This document shows, piece after piece, positions 50,209 to 60,700 of a stretch of DNA of 64,000 nt (position 1 is the stretch's first letter; each line of letters begins with the position of its first letter). The stretch is from the IMG/VR virus record IMGVR_UViG_2737471647_000001; one strand, given 5' to 3'. The DNA comes from a virus. Taxonomy: Duplodnaviria; Caudoviricetes. Below the pieces are notes generated by a model that was not told where the DNA came from, did no database searches, and was given only the letters and a program-made list of their open reading frames with translations. Both the position numbers and the translations under genes were made by a program.

Positions 50209-50319
50209 TGATCATCATGAGGGTGATCAGGGTCGGCCGCATCGGAAAGATCATGTTCATCACGATGATCACCATGATGATGATCGCCTCGACCATCCAA
50301 CGAACGTCAGAATAGCACA

Positions 50320-50739
50320 ATGCCCACCCCACGCGAAACCATCCTGACCGCGCTGCACGCGCGGCTTTCGGCGCTGCCCGCGACCGCCCTGCGCGGTGAG
50401 GTCTTGCCCGAGCGCGTCCCGGTTGATGGCCTGCTGATCCTGCGCGACGGCGAGCCGGGGGAGCCCGAGGTGACGCTCTCGCCGCTACGCTACCACTACC
50501 AGCATCGCGCCGAAATCGAGGCAGTCGTGCAGGGCGCTGACCGTGACGCCGCCTTCGGCACGCTCTGCGCCAGCATCGGCTTAGCGATTGCCGCTGACCG
50601 CACGCTGGGCGGTCTCTGCGACTGGATTGAGGCGGAAGCGCCCCGTCCAGTTGATCTGCCCATCGAGGGTGCTGCGGCGCTCAAGGCGGCCGTCATTCCG
50701 GTGGCGCTGCACTATTCCACGGCCGACCAGCTGGCGTGA
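50320..50739 (+). CDS. Tail terminator/completion protein
   Basis: RETILTALHARL, LILRDGEPGEP, DRTLGGLCDW, LHYSTAD; precedes the tail tube. Confidence 0.78.
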   Translation: MPTPRETILTALHARLSALPATALRGEVLPERVPVDGLLILRDGEPGEPEVTLSPLRYHYQHRAEIEAVVQGADRDAAFGTLCASIGLAIAADRTLGGLCDWIEAEAPRPVDLPIEGAAALKAAVIPVALHYSTADQLA

Positions 50740-50747
50740 TCATCCGG

Positions 50748-51098
50748 TTAGGTGGCTTTTGAATATGATTGGGATCTGCACTTTCCCTCAATCTGCGCTC
50801 CGCTATCGATGCTCAGGCTCTCATAGGTGATTTCGCCGGTCACCCGCGCGCTTGTATGCAACCTGACCTTGCCACCCGTGACTTGGCCGTTGAAACGCCC
50901 CTTTATGTCGATGCTGGCTGCATGGATTTCGCCTTCGACTTCGCCTGCCTCCTCGATGACGATCGAGGACGCTTCCACACGCCCTTTCACATAACCGGGC
51001 AATTCGACGGTGCCGGGAAAATACAGCTCGCCCGTGATGCGCGAGCCTGAGCCGAGATGCGAGCGGCCACCGGCTTCAGAGTCGTTTTGATCCGCCAT
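50748..51098 (-). CDS. Bactofilin (polymer-forming cytoskeletal protein)
   Basis: HLGSGSRITGEL, VKGRVEA, VIEEAGEVEGEI, IKGRFNGQV, LHTSARVTGEITYESLSIDSGAQIEGKC beta-helix pattern. Confidence 0.88.
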   Translation of the reverse strand: MADQNDSEAGGRSHLGSGSRITGELYFPGTVELPGYVKGRVEASSIVIEEAGEVEGEIHAASIDIKGRFNGQVTGGKVRLHTSARVTGEITYESLSIDSGAQIEGKCRSQSYSKAT

Positions 51099-51166
51099 TC
51101 AATCTCGCCCTTTTGAGTTCTGGCCCATCTTGGGCTCATCCGCTTCAATATACAGGAGAAACCACA

Positions 51167-52105
51167 ATGGCACGAGCCCAAGGGGCACGGGCGCAGATGG
51201 CGCTTGCGTTCGAGACGAATTATGGAACGCCACCGGTGGGTGGCTTCACGAAAATGCCCTTCGCCAGCACTTCGCTCGGCGCGGAGCAGCCGCTGCTCAA
51301 TTCGGAACTTTTGGGTTACGGCCGCGATCCGCTGGCGCCCATCAAGGATGCGGTAACGGCGGACGGCGATGTCGTCGTGCCGCTCGACGCTGAGGCCTTC
51401 GGGTTCTGGCTGAAGGCGGCCTTTGGCGACCCGACTACGACCGGCACCGGTCCCTGGACGCACGAGTTTCAGTCGGGCGCGTGGACGCTGCCCAGCATGT
51501 CGATCGAGACCGGCATGCCCGAGATCCCGCGTTTTGCGATGTATTCCGGCTGCGTACTCGACCAGATCAACTGGCAAATGCAGCGATCCGGCCTTTTGAC
51601 CGCGACCGCGCGGCTCGTGGCACAGGGCGAGACCGTGGGCACGACGACCAGTGCCGGAACGCCCGCTGCGTTGGATCTGCAGCGCTTCGGGCATTTCAAC
51701 GGCGCGATCACCCGCAACGGGTCGGCCCTCGGCAATGTGGTCTCTGCCGACACCACCTATGCCAACAACCTCGACCGGATCGAGACCATCCGTTCGGACG
51801 GCCGGATCGACGGGGCAGACCCCTCCATCGCCGCGCTGACTGGCTCCATCGAGGTGCGCTTCGCCGACCAGACGCTGGTGACACAGGCAATCAACGGCGA
51901 TCCCTGCGAGCTTGAGTTCGCCTATGTGCTGCCCTCTGGCGAGAGCTTCACCTTCACTGTGCATGCCGTCTACCTGCCGCGCCCGCGCATCGAGATTTCC
52001 AGGCCGCAGGGGGTGCAGGCCACCTTTGACTGGCAGGCCGCACGCGACAGCACGGTCGGCCGGATGTGCACCGCAACCCTATTGAACGACATTGAGGTAT
52101 ATTGA
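51167..52105 (+). CDS. Tail tube protein
   Basis: MARAQGARAQMALAFE, LPSMSIE.G, NNLDRIETIR; AGGAG SD. Confidence 0.87.
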   Translation: MARAQGARAQMALAFETNYGTPPVGGFTKMPFASTSLGAEQPLLNSELLGYGRDPLAPIKDAVTADGDVVVPLDAEAFGFWLKAAFGDPTTTGTGPWTHEFQSGAWTLPSMSIETGMPEIPRFAMYSGCVLDQINWQMQRSGLLTATARLVAQGETVGTTTSAGTPAALDLQRFGHFNGAITRNGSALGNVVSADTTYANNLDRIETIRSDGRIDGADPSIAALTGSIEVRFADQTLVTQAINGDPCELEFAYVLPSGESFTFTVHAVYLPRPRIEISRPQGVQATFDWQAARDSTVGRMCTATLLNDIEVY

Positions 52106-52560
52106 TGCTGACACTTGACCTGATGAACGCACCGCGCTGGCACGACCTTGCACCAGGTGTGCGCGCAGAGCTGCGCCCACTGACCACGGCCCTGATGGTT
52201 GCGACGCGCAGCGATGCGGCTGTCGAGGCGGTCCCGGTAGACGCTTCCGACGAGGAACGCGCCGTTGCCTTTGCCAAGGCGCTGGCGCGTCGGGCAGTTC
52301 TCACTTGGGAGGGCATCGGCGATGCGGATGGCAACCCTATCGATCCGAGCCCCGACGCTGTCGACACTCTTCTCGACATCTGGCCGATCTTCGAAGCATT
52401 CCAATTGACCTACGTCTCCAAAGGCCTGCTGCTGGACCAGGAAAAAAACGTCTCCGCGCTCTCGCCGAGTGGTCCTTCGGCGGGGGCGAGCGATACTGCG
52501 AGGGTTGCGAACCCAGCGAAGCGTGCGAAGCGACGTGCAAAACCTGCCCGGCGCGGCTGA
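52102..52560 (+). CDS. Tail assembly chaperone (G-like)
   Basis: Follows the tail tube; contains the slippery GAA-AAA-AAC. Confidence 0.8.
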   Translation: MMLTLDLMNAPRWHDLAPGVRAELRPLTTALMVATRSDAAVEAVPVDASDEERAVAFAKALARRAVLTWEGIGDADGNPIDPSPDAVDTLLDIWPIFEAFQLTYVSKGLLLDQEKNVSALSPSGPSAGASDTARVANPAKRAKRRAKPARRG

Positions 52561-52787
52561 ACCGGCCTGCGACCTTTGAGGGCTGGCAGGTCTGGGATCT
52601 GGTCGGCCGCCTCGGTGGGCAGCTCAGAATGCTGCCGGGCGCGGTGATCGGTTGGGACATGTCGGCAGCACTTGCACTCGGTGATGCCCTCGGAATTCCG
52701 CCGCTGGCGATGGCCGAACTGCTGCCCGTCGTCGAGGCGGTGATGATGGCAAAACTCAACGAAAAGATGGATCATTCCAATGGCTGA
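52443..52787 (+). CDS. -1 frameshift extension of the tail chaperone (GT-like)
   Basis: A AAA AAC heptamer at 52443-52449; the -1 frame stays open (KKRLRALAEWSFGGGERYC...WQVWDL) up to the tape measure start. Confidence 0.78.
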   Translation, partial: KKRLRALAEWSFGGGERYCEGCEPSEACEATCKTCPARLNRPATFEGWQVWDLVGRLGGQLRMLPGAVIGWDMSAALALGDALGIPPLAMAELLPVVEAVMMAKLNEKMDHSNG

Positions 52788-55257
52788 GAAGCGCGTTTCT
52801 GTCCGCCTTGCTGCCGTGGGCGGCCGAGAGGTACGCGCCGAACTGGAAGGTGTCGGTGAGGCTGGGGCGCGCGGGTTCGGGCGGCTCAGCCGCGAGATGG
52901 AAGCGGCCAACGCTCGGCTTGCGGCGTTCTCCCGACGGGTCCGGATTGCCGCTGCCGCTGCAGTGGCCGCTGCCGCTGCTGCAGGCGTCGCCATGGTCCG
53001 CTCGGGGCTGCAGACCGTCGATGCACAGGCCAAGTTGGCGCAATCGCTGGGCACGACGGTGGCCTCGATCCAGACTCTGGAACGTGCAGGCGAGTTGGCC
53101 GGTGTCTCCATGTCCGGGATTGAACAAGCGACGAAGGACCTCACACGACGGCTGAGCCAAGCGGCTGCCGGGAGTGGTCCGGCTGCCGACGCGCTGGAGC
53201 GGCTGGGACTGTCTGCCACCGACCTGATTGCCCTGCCGCTGGATCAGCGGGTGGGGGCGATCAACGCCGCCATCGAGGAGTTCGTGCCGGTCGCCGAGCG
53301 CGCTGCTGTCGCAGGCCAGCTATTCGGCGAGGAAGGCTCCATCGCCATGTCGCGGATCGACACCGCGACGCTGCGTCAGGCGACCGAGGATGTTCTCGCC
53401 TTCGGTGTCGTCGTTTCAGAGCAGGATGCCGACCAGATCGAACGCACCAATGATGCGATCTCGCGTCTCGGCCTCGTCTGGCGCGGGCTGTCGAACCAGC
53501 TGGCGGTTGCCGCAGCCCCCGCGCTCGAAGCGGTGGCGAATGCCATGGCGGCCATGGCCAGTCGAACCGGACCGCTTGGCATCGCCATCAGGGGCCTCTT
53601 CGACAACATCGGTCGCCTTTCCGCCTACGCCGCTACGTTCGCGGCCCTCCTGGCGGGGCGCTGGGTGGCCGGAATGGTAGCTGCCGCAATTTCCGTGCGC
53701 GGGCTCGCCACGGCGCTGGTGGTGATGCGCGGCGCATTGATCCGCACCGGGATCGGGGCGCTGATCGTCGGTGCGGGTGAGTTGATCTACCAGTTCGGCC
53801 AGCTTGTCTCCGGCGCAGGCGGCTTCGGAAATGCCATGGCACTGCTGGGCAACCTCGTGAGCGAGGTCTGGGAGCGGATCAAGATGGGGGCTGGCAGCTT
53901 TGCAGCCTCTGCGATGGCGGCTTTTGCGGACGTGCACGCAGCGTCGGCTGCCGCGATGCAAGGCGCGCTCGAGGGGGTCGTCGGTTTTGCCAATGCGGCC
54001 GTGAACAGTTTTGAGGGGGCGTTTGAGGCGATCAAGGCTGTCTGGGGGCTTTTGCCTGCGGCCATCGGTGATCTCGCGTTTCAGGCGGCAAACAGCCTGA
54101 TTGAAGGCGTCGAGGCGATGCTGAACGGCGTCGTCTCCAGGATCAACGGCTTCATCGACGGCGTGAACGCCGGGCTTGAGGCGCTCGGCGTGGAGCGGCG
54201 GATCGGCCTTATTGCTGATCTTGATCTGGGACAGCTCGAGAACCGCTTTGCAGGCGCTGCGACCCAAGCGGCGACCGCAGCGCAAGATGCTTTTGCTGGT
54301 GCGTTCGCGGACAACCCGCTGGCTGTTCCGGATCTGGGACTTACAGGAGCAGCCAGTGATGCCGCCGCCTCAGCCGAGGCCTGGAGGCAGACTGCCGCGA
54401 CGCTCGCCGATGGTGCCCTGCAGCCACTTGAAGCGATGGAGGCTTTGCGCACTGCGATGCGTACTACAGGAACCGAGGCCGAGACGGCGCTGGATGGAGC
54501 CACGGCAGCTGCGGATCGCTTCGACGCTGCTTTGGCCGAAGATGAAAACGGTGGCCCGGCAGCCACGCTCGATGAAACAGCGGCTGCGGCCGGTCGTGCC
54601 GGAGGGGCACTGCAAAGCGCCGCTGATGTCGCGCGCCAGTCATGGGACGCGGCCCGTACTGCGGTTGAGCGCACGCAAGAGATCGCGCGGGGTTTGGCCG
54701 ATGACATCACCGGGCCGATCAAGGAGGCGCTGAAGTCGGGCGAACTCAGCTGGCAAACCTTCGCGAGCGCAATATCCGGGATCGCCCAAAACCTTGCCAA
54801 CAGGCTGATCGATACCGCCTTCAAGCCGATCGAGGACGCACTGTTCCGGGCTCTGTCCGGGTCAGGCGGCGGCGGTCTCTTTGGCTGGCTCTCTAGCGCC
54901 CTCGGCGGACTGTTCGGCATGGGCGGCACCTTCGCGCGCGGCGGTGCCTTTGGGCAGGCTGGCGAAATTACAGCCTTTGCCAACGGTGGCGTGGTCTCAA
55001 ACCCGACCGTGTTTCCCTTTGCGCGTGGGATCGGGCTCATGGGTGAGGCAGGCCCGGAAGCCATTCTGCCGCTGCGACGAGGTCGGGGTGGAAGGCTCGG
55101 CGTCGAGACGAGCGGTGAAGGTCAAACTGCGCAGTCCGCAACCCGCATCGTTAATGTGCTCGATCCCTCCATTGTCGGCGATTATCTGGCAACGCCCGCA
55201 GGCGAGCGGCTGATCGTCAACGTGATCCGGCGCAACCGGGGAGGCCTCGATGCTTAG
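52780..55257 (+). CDS. Tape measure protein
   Basis: 825 aa, Ala/Gly-rich; C-terminal FANGGVV..PT.F...GLMGEAGPEAILPL. Confidence 0.92.
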   Translation: MAEKRVSVRLAAVGGREVRAELEGVGEAGARGFGRLSREMEAANARLAAFSRRVRIAAAAAVAAAAAAGVAMVRSGLQTVDAQAKLAQSLGTTVASIQTLERAGELAGVSMSGIEQATKDLTRRLSQAAAGSGPAADALERLGLSATDLIALPLDQRVGAINAAIEEFVPVAERAAVAGQLFGEEGSIAMSRIDTATLRQATEDVLAFGVVVSEQDADQIERTNDAISRLGLVWRGLSNQLAVAAAPALEAVANAMAAMASRTGPLGIAIRGLFDNIGRLSAYAATFAALLAGRWVAGMVAAAISVRGLATALVVMRGALIRTGIGALIVGAGELIYQFGQLVSGAGGFGNAMALLGNLVSEVWERIKMGAGSFAASAMAAFADVHAASAAAMQGALEGVVGFANAAVNSFEGAFEAIKAVWGLLPAAIGDLAFQAANSLIEGVEAMLNGVVSRINGFIDGVNAGLEALGVERRIGLIADLDLGQLENRFAGAATQAATAAQDAFAGAFADNPLAVPDLGLTGAASDAAASAEAWRQTAATLADGALQPLEAMEALRTAMRTTGTEAETALDGATAAADRFDAALAEDENGGPAATLDETAAAAGRAGGALQSAADVARQSWDAARTAVERTQEIARGLADDITGPIKEALKSGELSWQTFASAISGIAQNLANRLIDTAFKPIEDALFRALSGSGGGGLFGWLSSALGGLFGMGGTFARGGAFGQAGEITAFANGGVVSNPTVFPFARGIGLMGEAGPEAILPLRRGRGGRLGVETSGEGQTAQSATRIVNVLDPSIVGDYLATPAGERLIVNVIRRNRGGLDA

Positions 55258-56371
55258 TCTTTGGCCTTTCCCGGTACGCCAACCTGTCACCGAGGTGCTG
55301 GAATGGAACACCGACACGCTGATCACCGAGGCGGCTGAGCAGCGGATCGCGCTCCGCACTGTGCCGCGTTCGATCCTGACGGTCTCGCATTTGCTCGATG
55401 CCAGTGACCTCTCCCGTGCGGCAGAGCTTGCCCGGGCCGGGCCACTCGACGATTGGACGGTGCCGCTCTGGCACCTTGCACGCCCGTCCACTGTGCCCGT
55501 TGATGCCGCCGACATCACTGTATTCGTCGATACCGGCGAGGGAGCGTTCGAAGCGCCGGGACAGGCCGTCATCGCAGCTGACGGAGGTGTGGCATATCTT
55601 GTCGAAGTCAGTGCGGTCCTGCCGGACTGGCTGGAGCTGGCCGCGCCTGCGGGCGTGACCCTTGCGCATCCGATTGTAGCCCCGGTGGGTACCGGGATCC
55701 TGACGCGACCTATCGAGATCGACCGGCGCCGCCAGGGACTGGGCACGGTCACGGCCACTTTCACCCTGCAAACTGGGACCGACCTGTCTGCCAGCAGCTA
55801 CGCGACCCATCTGGGTCTGGATGTGCTGACCGATCCGGCCGTGCTCCGCCAACCGTTGGCGGAGAGTATCGCGCAATCCGTCGAATACATCGACAACGGC
55901 TTCGGTCCCATCGTAATCGAACCCGTGCTGACCCATGTCCAGCGCCGCTCGACCATCACATTGATCGACCGGGGTGCTGGGCGTTGGTCGCGCCGCCGCT
56001 GGCTTTATTCTCTGCGTGGCCGCCAACGCGCGTTCTGGCTTCCGACTTGGGGGCGGGAACTGGTCCTTCAAGCGGCGGTCACGTCCTCGGCTACCTCTGT
56101 GATCATTGTAGAAAACATGGATCCCGGCGTTTTGATCGGACGGCATGTGATGTTCGAGATCGTCTCCGGCCCGGTGTTTTGCGAGATCACAAACGCAGTT
56201 TATGACGCGCTCGGGATCCGGCTGACCATCGCCGCCCCGGGCAAGAGCATTCCAATAACAACGCCCATTCATCTGCTCACGAAGTTCCGGCTCGATACCG
56301 ACCGGATCGAGATTGAGCATTTTGCGGGCCGGACTGAGTTCGCGGCAAGCCTGATTGAGATTCCTGGATGA
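55250..56371 (+). CDS. Distal tail protein (putative)
   Basis: EVLEWNTD, EQRIALR, GRQRAFWLPTW; position after the tape measure. Confidence 0.7.
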   Translation: MLSLWPFPVRQPVTEVLEWNTDTLITEAAEQRIALRTVPRSILTVSHLLDASDLSRAAELARAGPLDDWTVPLWHLARPSTVPVDAADITVFVDTGEGAFEAPGQAVIAADGGVAYLVEVSAVLPDWLELAAPAGVTLAHPIVAPVGTGILTRPIEIDRRRQGLGTVTATFTLQTGTDLSASSYATHLGLDVLTDPAVLRQPLAESIAQSVEYIDNGFGPIVIEPVLTHVQRRSTITLIDRGAGRWSRRRWLYSLRGRQRAFWLPTWGRELVLQAAVTSSATSVIIVENMDPGVLIGRHVMFEIVSGPVFCEITNAVYDALGIRLTIAAPGKSIPITTPIHLLTKFRLDTDRIEIEHFAGRTEFAASLIEIPG

Positions 56372-57216
56372 CTTATGACCTTGCCGAGACCTCGACCGCT
56401 GAAGGGCGGCCGTATTTCCTGTATCTCTTCGCGGAAGGCGATCAGGGCTGGCGCTTCACGAGCCGTACGGCGATCTGGACCTCGCCTGCTGGGGCCATCG
56501 CCGATGAGACCGAGGATCTGATCTGGGACCCGTCAGCGGTCAGCCATGGGTCCGTCGTCCAGAGCAGCGATCCACGGCGCGTCGATCTCAGCGTCACCTT
56601 TCCGCTCTCCGATCCCTTCGCCCGCCGTTATCTCGGCCCCCGCGGCCGGGCGGTCACGACGCTCACCATCTTTCGTGGGCACGAACAGGTGCCAATGGAG
56701 GTGGTTGCACACTGGAAGGGCCGCGTGGTCTCGGCCCGGGTCGAGGGGCGGCAGATCACCCTTCGCTGTGAATCCCTGTTCACATCCATGCGCCGCGAGG
56801 GCGTGCGCGCCAAATACCAGCGCCTTTGCCGTCATGCGCTTTATTCCCGAGGATGCCGTCTCGAAATAGAAACCTTTTTCGTGGGCGGCACAGCCAGCGC
56901 GCATCAGGGCCTCACGATCACCGTCCCCGAGGTCGCGTTGCTGCCAAACGGCTGGTTCCGGGGCGGTGTGCTGCGCCACGCGGGCCTTCTGGGGTTCATC
57001 GCTGGGCATGTCGGAGATGCACTGACGCTTTCCGGCCGCATGCCCGATCTGGAGGCGGCCATTGATGATCCCGAAGCCCTGGCGCTCGTCGAAATCGCCC
57101 CCGGCTGTGATCTGCGGCGCGATACCTGCAAGACGAAGTTCGGCAACCTGCTGAACTTCGGCGGCTTTCCCGACATTCCCGGCCGCAACCCGTTTGGCGG
57201 CACCAGCATCGTCTGA
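56368..57216 (+). CDS. Tail tip protein, gpL/DUF2163-BR0599-like
   Basis: CRHALYSRGC and APGCDLRRDTC...FGNLLNFGGFP Cys pattern. Confidence 0.85.
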   Translation: MTYDLAETSTAEGRPYFLYLFAEGDQGWRFTSRTAIWTSPAGAIADETEDLIWDPSAVSHGSVVQSSDPRRVDLSVTFPLSDPFARRYLGPRGRAVTTLTIFRGHEQVPMEVVAHWKGRVVSARVEGRQITLRCESLFTSMRREGVRAKYQRLCRHALYSRGCRLEIETFFVGGTASAHQGLTITVPEVALLPNGWFRGGVLRHAGLLGFIAGHVGDALTLSGRMPDLEAAIDDPEALALVEIAPGCDLRRDTCKTKFGNLLNFGGFPDIPGRNPFGGTSIV

Positions 57217-57236
57217 CCCAAATCTGAGAGCCCATC

Positions 57237-57485
57237 ATGGTCTGGAACTTTGTCGTCCAGATCGTCGCCAGCCTCGTGCTGACGGCGATCTCCTATGCGC
57301 TGTCGCCCAAGCCGAAGGTCGAAGCCCCGAAAGCCGCCGGGCTCGATGATTTCGACCTGCCGACGGCCGAGGAAGGCCGTCCGATCCCTGTGGTCTTCGG
57401 CACCATGTTGCTGCGCGGCCCGAACGTCGTCTGGGCTGGGGACCTCAAGGTCGATCCGATTCGCAAGAAGGGTGGCAAGAAATGA
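57237..57485 (+). CDS. Small tail assembly protein
   Basis: Hydrophobic N-terminus; PTAEEGRPIPVVFGT...PNVVW. Confidence 0.72.
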   Translation: MVWNFVVQIVASLVLTAISYALSPKPKVEAPKAAGLDDFDLPTAEEGRPIPVVFGTMLLRGPNVVWAGDLKVDPIRKKGGKK

Positions 57486-57700
57486 GCGAAGATCTGATCG
57501 CCAGCGTGCAGGACCTGCGCGCGTCCCGGCTCTGCTTTCAGGGCGCGCGGCCGTGGTTTCGCCGTCACGGCCTCGACTGGCAGGCTTTCCTCGCAGACGG
57601 GCTTCCAGCCGATGTGCTCGCGGCAACGGGCGACGCTCTGGCAATCCGGGTGATCGCGGAGGCAGAGAAGCGCGCCGCGCGCACCGCGAGCGAGACTTAA
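57482..57700 (+). CDS. Small tail assembly protein
   Basis: CFQGARPWFRRHGLDWQAFL; ATGA coupling. Confidence 0.7.
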   Translation: MSEDLIASVQDLRASRLCFQGARPWFRRHGLDWQAFLADGLPADVLAATGDALAIRVIAEAEKRAARTASET

Positions 57701-57701
57701 A

Positions 57702-60700
57702 ATGGGCGGCCGTTCGAAGTCACAGACCGTCGGCTACCGCTATTCGCTCGGGGCGCATCTGGCGCTTTGCCACGGGCCCGTGGATGCGATCCGCGAGATC
57801 CGGGTCGATGACCGTACTGCATGGTCGATTGGAACGGGACAGAGCACGTCGCAGGGAACTGGTGTTGGCGCGTTGGCAAGCTACGGCACCGTCACCGGCA
57901 TGTCCGCCACCGCAGCGGCAGAGGGCGACAGCGTAGCCGAGGTCCGGTTTCCGGGTACGCTCAGCGGCATCCGGCTAGGCCAGAGCTATGACCTTCAACT
58001 TCTGACGGACAACACAACCCGCACCGTTACCGTTCAGGCGGTGAGCTATGCTGCGGGCAGCGGCATTACCACCTGGCTCGTCGAGCCCGCCGCCACTGCC
58101 TTCACAGCCCAATCGGTGGCGGTGTCGGATGCGGCCAGCGTACCCAGTCTCAACGGCGGCGCTGCGGGCGGGCGCATCAGGATCAACAAGCCCGACCTCT
58201 TCGGGGGCGAGAAGCGCGAAGGTGGCATCGTCGGTGACATCGACGTTTTGATGGGCGCGCCGAGCCAGGCGCAGAACGACTATCTCGCCGCCAATGCCGG
58301 GGCCGATGTGCCTGGCTATCGTGGGATCTGCTCGCTGGTGCTGCGGCAGGTGTTTCTGGGCCTCAATCCGTATCTCAAGCCCTGGTCGGTCCGCCTAACG
58401 CGGATCCTGAAGGCCGAGGATGGCGGTCCGCAATGGTATCCCGAGAAGGCGCAGATCGTACCGGAAGTCCGGATCGGAGATGCCGCCATTTATATCGCCA
58501 TGGACGCCTCGGGTTCGATGTCGGGATCGCGCATGGCGGCGCAAATCGCTGCTGTCTCGCGTCTGGTCGAAGAGATCGGCGAGAACGCCCTGGAGCCGAA
58601 CGACGTCCAGATCGTTACCTGGAACTCCACTGTTTCCGGCACGATCCTGCGGCGCGATGCTGGTGCCACGGCCTATGGCGAGCTCCAGGACTGGGTCGAT
58701 GCGCTTTCAAGCTCCGTGAGCGGCGGGACGGATTTCGGGGTCGCGGTCAGCCAGGCGGGGGCCTTCTTCAATGGCTCCGGCGGCAAACGACGCATCCTGA
58801 TCTTCGTCACCGACGGCGAACCGAGCCCGGCCTCGACCCTGCAGACGGCCATCGCAACGCTCGTAGGCATCTCGGAGGTCGACGTCTTCGCCTTCAACAT
58901 CGCGCTGTCGGACACGAGCGCCACGGCCCAGATCGATAACACGCCTGTCGACGGCGTGCCGGTCGTGCCGCCCGGCGATCCAGATGCGCTGGTGGCCTCG
59001 CTGCGCGCAGCCTTCGGGCAAGGCCCAGACATGAACCCGGCCCATATCATCCGGGAAAGTCTGACCAACGGAGACTGGGGCCTCGGGCATACGTTCGCGG
59101 ATATCGGCCCCAGCTTTGCCACCGCCGCGGACGCGCTCTTCTCTGAGGGCTTCGGGTTGTCGCTGCTTTGGCAGCGGGAATCGACGATCGAGGACTTCAT
59201 CGCCGACGTTCTGAAGCACATCGACGCCTATCTCTATGTGGATCGTCGCTCGGGCCGCTGGGAGTTGCGGCTCATTCGCGCGGACTACGATCCCGAGACG
59301 CTCCCGGTTTTCGATGAGACCAATGTCGTCGACTGGGGCGAGCTTGGCCGCCGTGAGGCCGCTGATCTCGTGAACTCGGTGACGGCGAAGTTTTCCGACG
59401 CCCGTACCGATCAGACCGGATCGGTCAGCGTGACCGACACCGCGCTCGTCCAGGATCTTGGTCAGGTGGTCAGCGCGACGGTCGATTATCCTGGCATTCG
59501 CTTCGAGTCCCTTGCCGTGCGGGTCGCTGAACGCGACCTGCGGGCGCTCTCCGCTCCGATCCTGTCGGGCGAGATCATGGTCAGCCGTGTCGGAGCCAAC
59601 CTCGATCCGGGCGACGTGATCGTGCTGTCAAACGCGAGGCGGGGGCTCGAGGGCGTCGTTGTCCGCATCGTCGAGATCGATCATGGGGACGGGCGCAATA
59701 ATGGTGTGCGCCTCAGGGTCGCCGAGGATGTCTTCGCGCTTGGTGAGACCGCCCTTGTAGGCGGCGAAAGCGGCGATCCGGGCAGCCTGATCCTGCCGCC
59801 CAAGCCGTTGACGCGCCGCTGGGTGGCGGAAGCGCCATACTGGTTGCTGGTTCAGGAGTTGGGGCATGCGCAGGCCGACGCGCTTCTCGATGAGGATCCG
59901 GGGGTGGGGGCGATCGTCGCGACCGGGGAACGTCCTTCGGCCGATGCACTCTCGGCGCAGGTCTGGAGCGACAGTGGGGCGGGCTACACACTCGAAGAGG
60001 CGGTCGAATTTGTGCCGACCGCGCTGCTGGTTTCGGACGTCAGCGACGACCCAGCCGAGAACGTGCTTACGGTTGGCGGCTGGACCGGGCTCGGAGACGT
60101 GGCCATCGGCACGCTGGCCGCGATTGGCGACGAACTTGTTCGGATTGACGGGGTGAGTGCGACGGCGCTCACGGTTGGTCGCGGCTGTCTCGATACGGTG
60201 CCGCTGGCACATCCTGCGGGCACGCCGGTCATCTGCTGGCAGCAGCTCGCGAATGCGTCGGAGGCGGGCTTTGTCGCCGGAGAGATCGTCACGATCAAGA
60301 TGTTGCCCGAGACCGGCTTCGGGACATTGCCACTCTCGCAGGCACCCGAAGATTCCGTGACGCTTGCCAGCCGCGCGATCCGGCCGCTGCCGCCCGGCGA
60401 TCTCCGGGGCAATGGCGTCTCGGTCGTGAACCCGAACGTGCTGAACCTCGGGCCGGTCATGTTGACCTGGTCCCATCGTGACCGGCTCACCCAGACCAGC
60501 AGCGTGTTCGACGCCTATGACGCAGGCGATATTGGGCCAGAGCCCGGTGTAACCTATGCGGTCGAGATCCGTTGGGTCGAGCCTGATGCTGACACAACGC
60601 TTGAGCCACCCGCCGCCGTGATCGACGTGGGCGCCGCCAACAACATCACGCTGACCAAGGAAGATGTGCCGATCCTCGCAGCACCCACTGGCACCAAGCA

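Noticed and set aside
49760-50347. His-rich metal-binding protein on the plus strand
   Set aside because: Mostly antisense to the TA genes; the His run is confined to a low-complexity patch, which is kept only as a low-interest note.
50320-50739. Metabolic enzyme (acyl-CoA transferase-type label)
   Set aside because: No such motifs; size and position fit a tail terminator/completion protein.
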